From IMG/VR virus record IMGVR_UViG_3300028072_000011, positions 1-40,741 of that record: a stretch of DNA of 40,741 nt; one strand, written 5' to 3'. The DNA is from a virus. Lineage: Duplodnaviria > Caudoviricetes. This document shows, in pieces, positions 7,995-14,947 of this stretch; position 1 is the stretch's first letter, and each line of letters begins with the position of its first letter. The notes under the pieces are model-generated. The model saw nothing but the letters and a program-made list of their open reading frames with translations. It did no database searches and was not told the DNA's origin. The position numbers and the translations under genes were made by a program.

Positions 7995-8209
7995 TGAAAA
8001 TTACAGACTCTGTTTCAAGTGTATTAAATAGCGCCAGTAAGATTGTATTAATCGTACTTACTGTAACGGGTTGCGCTGGGTTCTTAATGAGGATATTAGA
8101 GCCAAAGGATTTTATGTTATTAGCAATCGCGGTTTTCAGCTATTATTTTGGATACAAGCCACAACCACCTAATAATGAAACTCAAATCCCACCCTCGGCT
8201 GTTAAATAA
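7994..8209 (+). CDS. Holin-like two-TM protein
   Basis: KIVLIVLTVTGCAGFL / DFMLLAIAVFSYYFG; TAATG-coupled. Confidence 0.7.
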   Translation: MKITDSVSSVLNSASKIVLIVLTVTGCAGFLMRILEPKDFMLLAIAVFSYYFGYKPQPPNNETQIPPSAVK

Positions 8210-8216
8210 TGACTAA

Positions 8217-8672
8217 ACTACATTTTTAATTCGGATTAGTATAATCAGTGCGGCGATATTATTTGGCACGCTGGCGATTACAAGTTATACAAACTCCGAT
8301 ACAATATTTAGTGTTGAAAGCAAGGCATTGCAAACAGCTCCAAAAACACCGATTGAATTATTATCAGAAAAACCGACAGTCACACAGATCAAAGGGGCCA
8401 TCGTTTTCTACGCTAAGAATAACGGCATAAATCAGCATATATTTTCTGCATTAGCTGATTGTGAGAGTAGCTACCGGAACATATGTATTATTGATACAAA
8501 TGGAAAATTAAGTTGTGGGCCATTTCAATTTCAGAAGGACACATTTGATAAATTCTGTCCGGATATGAAATGGCATAACTCTGTAAAGGAGGACATTATG
8601 TGCGCCGCAAGAGTAGTTAAAAAAGGAGTAATGGCAGACCATTGGAAAACATGTTCAAAGAAAATTCAATAG
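8217..8672 (+). CDS. SLT/Rpf-like lytic transglycosylase with N-terminal signal/anchor; start codon unclear
   Basis: ALADCESS (catalytic Glu) and SCGPFQFQKDTF. The frame is open from 8217 and encodes FLIRISIISAAILFGTLAI but has no ATG there. Confidence 0.75.
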   Translation, partial: TTFLIRISIISAAILFGTLAITSYTNSDTIFSVESKALQTAPKTPIELLSEKPTVTQIKGAIVFYAKNNGINQHIFSALADCESSYRNICIIDTNGKLSCGPFQFQKDTFDKFCPDMKWHNSVKEDIMCAARVVKKGVMADHWKTCSKKIQ

Positions 8673-8685
8673 ATTATTTGTGCGG

Positions 8686-8708
8686 AGCCACTTAAAAGGT
8701 GGCTTTTT
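8686..8708 (+). terminator. Rho-independent terminator ending the lysis module
   Basis: agccac-ttaaaag-gtggct followed by tttt. Confidence 0.8.
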
Positions 8709-8719
8709 CGCTATAAAAG

Positions 8720-8766
8720 TTATCCACATATAAATGTGTTGACATGGTTGTTTGAAGGTGTATAAT
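8720..8766 (+). promoter_or_regulatory. Early sigma70-type promoter with adjacent DnaA box and palindromic operator
   Basis: TTATCCACA 8720-8728; CACAT-ataa-ATGTG 8725-8738; TTGACA 8739-8744, 16 nt spacer, TATAAT 8761-8766. Confidence 0.8.
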
Positions 8767-8807
8767 CAAGTTGAGGATGAAAATTAAATAAAAAATAAAA
8801 AACTACC

Positions 8808-8981
8808 ATGCGAGAAAAAAAAGAAAGAAACATATTGATTTTGCAGGACATTGAAAAAGGTGAATATTTAGTGGACATTGCCAAGAAGTATAATATCAGT
8901 CCGCAAATGGTCAGCAAGATTAAAGCAAGAAATTTAGCAAAGGTCGGCTCTGAAAAAAATAATAATAATGGGGAAAAATAA
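8808..8981 (+). CDS. Small HTH DNA-binding protein (57 aa; not in the ORF track)
   Basis: MREKKERNILILQDIEKGEYLVDIAKKYNISPQMVSKIKARN; classic HTH pattern; first gene after the early promoter. Confidence 0.8.
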   Translation: MREKKERNILILQDIEKGEYLVDIAKKYNISPQMVSKIKARNLAKVGSEKNNNNGEK

Positions 8982-8982
8982 T

Positions 8983-9156
8983 ATGGACAAAGTATTAATG
9001 CAAGCAAATAGAAAGTATAGGTTAGACAAAATAGAGAAAATATATTGGGACATGTTCTTTGAAAGAAATAAATTATTAATTACATTACTTACCATCTTGT
9101 TCGTAGGGATCGTGGTGTTATTACACCAAACAGGAATAGTAGTAATGAAACCATAA
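8983..9156 (+). CDS. Small membrane protein
   Basis: C-terminal TM LLITLLTILFVGIVVLL. Confidence 0.6.
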   Translation: MDKVLMQANRKYRLDKIEKIYWDMFFERNKLLITLLTILFVGIVVLLHQTGIVVMKP

Positions 9157-9157
9157 T

Positions 9158-9994
9158 ATGGAAAATATGGAAAAGTATAGGTTTAACAAAGAGAAGCATT
9201 TGCACCAGTTGTTAGTTGATGGGGAATACAAAAATTTGACAGGCTGTACCACTGTATTGGCAGTGTTGGCCAAACCGGCCTTAATTCAATGGGCCGCAGA
9301 TATGACAGCAGGGGCACTAGGATGGACGAAAGCAACTGAATGGCAAGAAGTAAATGGCAAACTAAAAAAGATTGAAGTGCCATTGGAAAAGCGACTTGAA
9401 GCATTAAAGCCAGTATTCAATCAATTAATGCAGGATAGCGAAGAATTGTTTTTGAAGAGGTTAGACGAAGCTAGGGTAGCACATGCAAAAAAGAAAGATA
9501 AAGCAGGGGACTTTGGGACCAAGACACACGCCGCCATTGAAGAATTGATTAAAACGGCAATTGAGAAGGATGGAGGTTACATTATGGGCCGGACGACTTC
9601 TAAAGAAAAGCCAATACAGAATTTCATTGATTGGGCGGTGAATAATGAAGTAAAGTTTTTGGCAAGTGAAAAGAATATCTACTCTGAATTTCTGTTTATT
9701 GGCGGTATAGTGGACTTTGTATGTGAGATAGATGGTCAAAAGTGGATCGGGGATATCAAGACAAGTGGTAGTGGAATTTATCCGGAACACTTTTTCCAAT
9801 GTGCAGGTTACAACTTAATGATGGAAGAAATGGGAATATACACTGACATTAAGGGATACGTAATTGTTAACCTAAAAGAGAATGGGGAAATGTTGGAAAA
9901 AAGGTCGATCAGCAATGATGAAAATAAACAAATTTTCAGAAATTGCCTAGAAATTTATAGGGTACAAGAAAAGTTAAAAAATTCAATTTCATGA
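9158..9994 (+). CDS. PD-(D/E)XK exonuclease (phage recombination nuclease)
   Basis: GCTTVL..LAKPALIQWA, GTKTHAAIE, GGIVDFV...IGDIKTS...Q.AGY. Confidence 0.85.
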   Translation: MENMEKYRFNKEKHLHQLLVDGEYKNLTGCTTVLAVLAKPALIQWAADMTAGALGWTKATEWQEVNGKLKKIEVPLEKRLEALKPVFNQLMQDSEELFLKRLDEARVAHAKKKDKAGDFGTKTHAAIEELIKTAIEKDGGYIMGRTTSKEKPIQNFIDWAVNNEVKFLASEKNIYSEFLFIGGIVDFVCEIDGQKWIGDIKTSGSGIYPEHFFQCAGYNLMMEEMGIYTDIKGYVIVNLKENGEMLEKRSISNDENKQIFRNCLEIYRVQEKLKNSIS

Positions 9995-10161
9995 CAAACG
10001 AATGTGTAAATTGTGATGAAAAGGAGGATCCATTACACTATCTGCAATATTGCAATGACTATGGAATACATATTTGCGATAATTGCTACGATAAGTTAGC
10101 CGGTGGGTACAATTGGAAGTTCTGCCCAAATTGCGCTGGTGGAACAATATATAAACAATAA
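9991..10161 (+). CDS. Small Cys-rich Zn-binding protein (56 aa)
   Basis: MTNECVNC...ICDNC...FCPNC; ATGA-coupled. Confidence 0.6.
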   Translation: MTNECVNCDEKEDPLHYLQYCNDYGIHICDNCYDKLAGGYNWKFCPNCAGGTIYKQ

Positions 10162-10172
10162 ATAAAAAACCT

Positions 10173-10301
10173 ATGAACCTTTGTAGCGAAAAACATGATG
10201 AAGTTTGTTTTGAAGGCCGGGATTGCCCGGTGTGCGAAATGATAAACGACATGGAAGCCGAAGTCGAGGCATTAAAAGAAGAATTAAAAGAAACAAAATA
10301 A
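10173..10301 (+). CDS. Small Zn-finger/coiled-coil protein (42 aa)
   Basis: MNLCSEKHDEVCFEGRDCPVCEMINDMEAEVEALKEELKETK. Confidence 0.6.
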   Translation: MNLCSEKHDEVCFEGRDCPVCEMINDMEAEVEALKEELKETK

Positions 10302-10302
10302 C

Positions 10303-10737
10303 ATGGCAAAATATCAAAAAAAAGTTAGCGTGGGTGCATTCTTCAAAAAGGGAACCGACATCAAGGAAAATGACATGATTGAGATTGCTAATGAAGGAAA
10401 GGAAGTACCGGGTGAATTTGGACCACAAGACATTTTCCTAGTAAAACTGGCCGATGGTCGGGAAGGTAACGTAAGTATCAACCAAACGTCAATTAATGGC
10501 TTTATAGACGCTTTTAGTGACGACTCTATGCAATGGATTGGCAAGAAGGTGAAAGTGTGGAAAGTAAAGCAGAATGTATCCGGTAAATTCATTGACGTGT
10601 ATTACTTCTCACATCCTGATGCAGAATTGACACAAGATGGGTTCGTATTGCCGGGTGGAAATACTGGAAGTCCGGTAAACACTGACGAAATACCAATTAT
10701 TGAAGAAGGTGTAGATCCAAAGAAAATACCGTTTTAG
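10303..10737 (+). CDS. ssDNA-binding-like protein
   Basis: Beta-rich body with an acidic tail ending in IPF; located after the exonuclease. Confidence 0.6.
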   Translation: MAKYQKKVSVGAFFKKGTDIKENDMIEIANEGKEVPGEFGPQDIFLVKLADGREGNVSINQTSINGFIDAFSDDSMQWIGKKVKVWKVKQNVSGKFIDVYYFSHPDAELTQDGFVLPGGNTGSPVNTDEIPIIEEGVDPKKIPF

Positions 10738-10747
10738 TAATTAAATA

Positions 10748-10910
10748 TGGGGCGTTGATGGAGGGTGTTAGTTGGCTATGTGCAATTTCTTCCCAGCACT
10801 TCAATGTGCGTACATGGAGGTATGCCACAATACTTTAACCCTCATTTGCAGGAGGGTCTGCAAATGGCAAATGAATTGTCCCGACCAACACGCTCACCAT
10901 CAACGCCCCA
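10748..10910 (+). ncRNA. Candidate structured RNA (~160 nt)
   Basis: tggggcgttgatggagggtgttagttgg pairs with ccgaccaacacgctcaccatcaacgcccca; inner hairpin catttgcag/ctgcaaatg; fills the intergenic gap. Confidence 0.6.
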
Positions 10911-10918
10911 GCAAAAAT

Positions 10919-11095
10919 ATGGACAAATATACATTTTGGTGCATTGTCATAGTGTCATTCGTAGTGGTGATACTATGCCAATTAATAGCACTAGACGAAC
11001 AAACAAAAATTAATCCGGCCAAGATTTGCACAGAACAAGGGGGAATACCAAATTATGGAGCATGGGACAATATGATTAATTGTCAATTCAAATAA
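10919..11095 (+). CDS. Small membrane-anchored protein
   Basis: MDKYTFWCIVIVSFVVVILCQLIAL...CTEQGG...C. Confidence 0.6.
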   Translation: MDKYTFWCIVIVSFVVVILCQLIALDEQTKINPAKICTEQGGIPNYGAWDNMINCQFK

Positions 11096-11096
11096 T

Positions 11097-11297
11097 ATGG
11101 AGGAAATGCCTCAACAAATAAGAATTTCAATGGGTAAGGTTTATATTTCTGATAATCAGTGTGATGTGTGTACTTGTGGAGAAATGGTATGCAAAAACCT
11201 AATGGGAAACTTTATGGAAAATGAAATAGAGACTAAAGTATTTATTGGAATTTGTAAATGTGGAAATATCTTTAAGACATCAAAATATGGAAAATAA
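11097..11297 (+). CDS. Hypothetical Cys-containing protein
   Basis: CTCG...CKCG; taatATG start context. Confidence 0.55.
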   Translation: MEEMPQQIRISMGKVYISDNQCDVCTCGEMVCKNLMGNFMENEIETKVFIGICKCGNIFKTSKYGK

Positions 11298-11640
11298 AGA
11301 ACTGGTCACAATTGATACGATTATCAATTTCATAAAAGAAAATGTAGAGAATAAACAACCATTAAGCCCGGCAGTCTATGTCGATGCGGCCGCTAAGCTA
11401 AATGTGCTATTGTCTGATGAGCATGCATTGCTTCATAAATTACAAGGTGAAGTGGCTAGGGAAAGAGTAAAATTTATTGAAATTGATATGACGGCCACAG
11501 AAGCAAAAATGAGGGTAGAAGCAATGCCAATGTACGAACAAATGCTCAATCAAAAGGCAAAGATTGAACGTATCGTAGAGTTTATAAGAATATCTAAACT
11601 GCAAGCTAGAATGGCTAACGATGAGTTTAGAGGTAACTAA
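11287..11640 (+). CDS. Hypothetical helical protein (replication/recombination region)
   Basis: ORF with aaaatATG start; helical, ATEAKMRVEA. Confidence 0.6.
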   Translation: MENKELVTIDTIINFIKENVENKQPLSPAVYVDAAAKLNVLLSDEHALLHKLQGEVARERVKFIEIDMTATEAKMRVEAMPMYEQMLNQKAKIERIVEFIRISKLQARMANDEFRGN

Positions 11641-11647
11641 TAAAAAT

Positions 11648-12406
11648 ATGGCAAATCAATGGTTCAAATTTTGGGGTGGCGAGTATCTAGCAGATCCTAA
11701 AATGTTACAATTGTCCGCTGATGAAAGAAGTTGCTGGATTACATTGCTTTGCTATGCCAGTTTGACCGGCGGAGTTATAGAACATTTATCGTTTCAAAGG
11801 CTTATGGTTCAATCGGGTGTGGATATGTCAAAAGTTACAGATGATAACGCGGCAAAGTTATCATCAAAGCTGTCAAATCTGCAAATGATAACGCTTGATA
11901 ACGAAGTGATAACGATAACGAATTGGAAGAAACGTCAAGGAATTGTGCTTACAGGATATGAAAGAGTGAAAAGATTTCGTGAAAAACAGTTATTTGATAA
12001 CGCTGATAACGCCGATGATAACATCAGAATAGATAAGAATAGAATAGATAAGAATATAATACTTGATCATTTTGTTAAATTTTGGGATTTATACCCAAGA
12101 AAAGTAAACAAAAAAAAGTCATTTGATATTTATCGGCGTGTTGTGACGTCCGATGAGCTGGCCGCCAAAATAATTGCCGCCCTGAAAAACCATATTGAAA
12201 GCGAGCAATGGAAAACGCCGCAGTACATACCGCACCCAACCACATGGCTTAATCGGGAAGGGTGGGATGATGAAGTTATAAAGGCCGTCAAGAAACCGTT
12301 TTACAAAGGAGACCCGGTCATAGAAAAAAACGGCAAGAAGTATGTAATCGTTAAAGGTCAATGGCTTGAATTTGCCGGTAGGCAAGCTGATATAGAATAT
12401 AAATAA
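11648..12406 (+). CDS. Phage replication initiator (replisome-organizer type)
   Basis: WFKFWGGEYLADPKM..LS N-terminus, ITNWKKRQ...ERVKRFRE, C-terminal FWDLYPRKVNKKK...YIPHPTTWLN; internal iterons. Confidence 0.85.
   Translation: MANQWFKFWGGEYLADPKMLQLSADERSCWITLLCYASLTGGVIEHLSFQRLMVQSGVDMSKVTDDNAAKLSSKLSNLQMITLDNEVITITNWKKRQGIVLTGYERVKRFREKQLFDNADNADDNIRIDKNRIDKNIILDHFVKFWDLYPRKVNKKKSFDIYRRVVTSDELAAKIIAALKNHIESEQWKTPQYIPHPTTWLNREGWDDEVIKAVKKPFYKGDPVIEKNGKKYVIVKGQWLEFAGRQADIEYK
11842..12055. repeat. Iteron cluster / putative replication origin
   Basis: GATAAC at 11843, 11887, 11897, 11908, 11914, 11996, 12005 and 12017; inverted copy at 11857; then AGAATAGATAAGAAT twice (12026-12055). Confidence 0.75.
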
Positions 12407-12407
12407 T

Positions 12408-12812
12408 ATGACCAGAGAAATAAAATTTAGGGCGTGGAGTAAAGTTAGAAAACGAATTGAAAATGTTGAGGCTATTTTCTTTGGTAAAGATAGGGATGGA
12501 GATTACATGACTTGTAATACGAATTATGGAATGGAAGTTTCTATATCACTGTCAAGAGATAGTTTTATGCTCATGCAATTCACCGGCCTCAAAGACAAAA
12601 ACGACAATGAGATTTACGAGGGGGATTTAGTAGAAGTTTATGACGAATTGGATGAAAAATTTAGAAAGATAATTTTTAAGGATGGCGGCTTTCTATTTTT
12701 TGTTGAGAGGGGAAAAATGTATAACCAAAAAGAACTTACGGAAAAACACATAGAAAAATATAAAATTGAAGTCATTGGAAATATTTACGAAAATAAAGAT
12801 TTACTATCATGA
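12408..12812 (+). CDS. YopX family protein
   Basis: REIKFRAW, LMQFTGLKDKNDNEIYEGD, EVIGNIYENKDLL. Confidence 0.95.
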   Translation: MTREIKFRAWSKVRKRIENVEAIFFGKDRDGDYMTCNTNYGMEVSISLSRDSFMLMQFTGLKDKNDNEIYEGDLVEVYDELDEKFRKIIFKDGGFLFFVERGKMYNQKELTEKHIEKYKIEVIGNIYENKDLLS

Positions 12813-13312
12813 AACAGAGAGTACAACGATGTTTAGCATGTGGCCATATCATATCCGAAAGGCATATAGCGTTATACTCGGGCATGGTCCATACACTTTG
12901 GAAAGTATTTAAGTGGTGCAGGGAAAAGGGCATACATGAATTCCAAACGAAGCAGGTAAAACATTTCTTTAATCTTAATAGCTCGGCCCGGTTTGGTGAT
13001 TGGGTAATGTTTGGGGGATTGGTTTACAAAAACAAAAAAGGTTACTACGGATTGAATATGCAACGATGCGATGAGTTTTTTAAGGGAACGTACAAGATAC
13101 CCGAATATGTGGTAAAAAATCCTCTGACAGGCGGTATTACACAGGGCAGAGATATTACGATCAATGAAGTGCCAAACCTATTAAAATTCTTGAATGACGA
13201 TGGCGAATTCAAAACCAGTTATTTTGAGAATAGAAATATTAAAGATTGTTTGGGTTGTTTAGGGCAATCAGAAAGCCACTTTATGAATACCAAACAACAT
13301 ATAAAAATATGA
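12809..13312 (+). CDS. Hypothetical protein (CxxC, possibly DNA-binding)
   Basis: ATGA-coupled ORF, 167 aa. Confidence 0.6.
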   Translation: MKQRVQRCLACGHIISERHIALYSGMVHTLWKVFKWCREKGIHEFQTKQVKHFFNLNSSARFGDWVMFGGLVYKNKKGYYGLNMQRCDEFFKGTYKIPEYVVKNPLTGGITQGRDITINEVPNLLKFLNDDGEFKTSYFENRNIKDCLGCLGQSESHFMNTKQHIKI

Positions 13313-13515
13313 AGTATCCACAAATTGAAGTAGAAATAAAATTACCTAATGGTGCAAAAATAGGTATGCTTAAGATTTTTTCTGAAATAGGATTAGTTAA
13401 AGATTCAGAAATGTATGTAAAAAAAGTTTTAGAAGAATGTATTTATAGTTGTATTAACAGAGTTTTTATGAGTGGTATATATCAGATAGGCGAAGAAGTT
13501 AAAAAAAATAAATGA
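13309..13515 (+). CDS. Hypothetical protein
   Basis: ATGA-coupled start MKYPQIEVEIKLPNG. Confidence 0.5.
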   Translation: MKYPQIEVEIKLPNGAKIGMLKIFSEIGLVKDSEMYVKKVLEECIYSCINRVFMSGIYQIGEEVKKNK

Positions 13516-13775
13516 CACGAAAAAGGTCGCCAAAACTATGCAAAATACTATTAAATCTATGCAAAACATAAAAAAACTATGCAAGAAAATTATAAAATTT
13601 ATAAAATCCATAGTCCCTTAAAATCGTGAAAGGATGTGCTAAACAAAGAAGATTACGAAGTTATTGTGGTAAACGACACTGATGATGAATGTGAAGTTAT
13701 TATGAAAGAAAGAGAAAAAAGGCCGGATATGACCGCAATGGGTAACGATGGCAACCCATTCTAATAATCAAAATT

Positions 13776-13913
13776 ATGAGCAAAGAAATTAATCACGATT
13801 TATCGCAAACCATTTGTCCCGAATGTGGAATAGAAAATCCAAAAAGGAATGCAAGCGATGAAATTCACTGTGAAAATTGTGGATATGACGAAGTTTTAGA
13901 AGATGTTGATTGA
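13776..13913 (+). CDS. Zn-ribbon protein (45 aa)
   Basis: MSKEINHDLSQTICPECG...IHCENCGY. Confidence 0.6.
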   Translation: MSKEINHDLSQTICPECGIENPKRNASDEIHCENCGYDEVLEDVD

Positions 13914-13964
13914 TGGTGGATAAATGGTAGTTGCTATATAATTTAATAAAATGGTAATATTAGT

Positions 13965-14216
13965 ATGAACAAAGAAATTAACAACGTTTGTGCGCCATGT
14001 GGGTTGGTTGCAAACTATCTGACTTGTCTGAAAAAGTATGGAACTCCACCACTTCAAAAAGCATTTACTATATCCACTTTTCACTATGGGGAATGCGATT
14101 ATTGTGGCGAAGACATACCGGGGCAAACAAGAGTAACTGAAGCAAGGGACTTCTTTTATCCCGATTTCTCATTGATAGAAAAAGTTAGAGAATTTTTACA
14201 AAAAAAAATAACTTAA
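13965..14216 (+). CDS. Hypothetical Cys-containing protein
   Basis: VCAPCG...STFHYGECDYCG...TEARDF. Confidence 0.6.
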   Translation: MNKEINNVCAPCGLVANYLTCLKKYGTPPLQKAFTISTFHYGECDYCGEDIPGQTRVTEARDFFYPDFSLIEKVREFLQKKIT

Positions 14217-14254
14217 TAGTTTCGCACGAAAGAAAATAAGGCGAAATAAAAAAC

Positions 14255-14536
14255 ATGGAAAACGGACATACAGGAACACCAAGTAGTCCATTAGGTAACG
14301 GTATTGGGGCCGCACCACAGCCAACAACGGATATCCAAACATTTTTACATGAGTTTAGGAAGCAAATTGATGCATGTATTAAGGTTGCAGAGGGACACCA
14401 AACAGGAGGTTTACCTTATGGCAGAGAATTGGCATTGGTGAGAACTAAATTACAGGAAGCGAAAATGTGGGCCGGAAAATGTTTAGAAGTATGGGGTGCA
14501 CCATTTCCAGCTGATCTTAGAGATGAAGCAAAATAA
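14255..14536 (+). CDS. Acb2/Tad1-like helical hairpin protein (candidate immune-signal sponge)
   Basis: GRELALVRTKLQEAKMW resembles the RE-x-A-x-A-x-T-x-x-E/Q-E-A-x-M-W helix of Tad1/Acb2-type proteins. Confidence 0.55.
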   Translation: MENGHTGTPSSPLGNGIGAAPQPTTDIQTFLHEFRKQIDACIKVAEGHQTGGLPYGRELALVRTKLQEAKMWAGKCLEVWGAPFPADLRDEAK

Positions 14537-14926
14537 ATGGCATACTTTCAAACTTACAATAAATATAATGCAGTAAAAACCGAAGTGGATGGGGTGCATT
14601 ATGACAGTAAGTTTGAGGCTGGTTATGCAGGAGAGTTGAAGATAAGAAAAATGGCTGGCGAGATTACGCATTGGGAACATCATGTACAATTAGATTTACG
14701 AATTTATGATAAGCATTGGGCTTATTACAAAATAGATTTCATTGTTCATTTTCCTGATGGACATAGAGAATTTGTGGAGACTAAGGGTGTATCAACTTCT
14801 GACTTCAGGCAAAAATGGCGAGCATTTGAAATAATGTTTGATAAAGATTTTAAGGAGCACCCCGATGATTGTATGATACTTGTTAAACAAAAAAGTACGT
14901 GGAGAAATTATAAAAAAAGAGTATAA
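14537..14926 (+). CDS. DUF1064-family PD-(D/E)XK endonuclease
   Basis: NKYNAVKTEVDGVHYDSKFEA, YKIDF...EFVETKG. Confidence 0.85.
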   Translation: MAYFQTYNKYNAVKTEVDGVHYDSKFEAGYAGELKIRKMAGEITHWEHHVQLDLRIYDKHWAYYKIDFIVHFPDGHREFVETKGVSTSDFRQKWRAFEIMFDKDFKEHPDDCMILVKQKSTWRNYKKRV

Positions 14927-14947
14927 TTAATATATAAAAATAAAAAT

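Noticed and set aside
8248-8430. Overlapping ORF as an embedded Rz1-like spanin
   Set aside because: It has no lipobox, signal peptide or Pro-rich character.
9158-9994. Cas4 call
   Set aside because: It lacks the four-Cys Fe-S pattern and any CRISPR context; a phage recombination exonuclease next to ssb fits better.
10748-10912. tRNA or tmRNA gene
   Set aside because: The ends look acceptor-like, but there is no TTCRA T-loop, cloverleaf or CCA; no tRNA was recognised anywhere in the window.
10765-11013. ORFs 10765-11013 and the 5' extension 10772-10918
   Set aside because: They have non-ATG starts and overlap the structured element; the credible gene starts at aaaatATG 10919.
13579-13764. 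Genome-wide TGA recoding (code 25 or 4)
   Set aside because: Many genes end in TGA at clean ATGA overlaps (1651, 2479, 4741, 9994, 12812, 18251), and long genes are intact in code 11.
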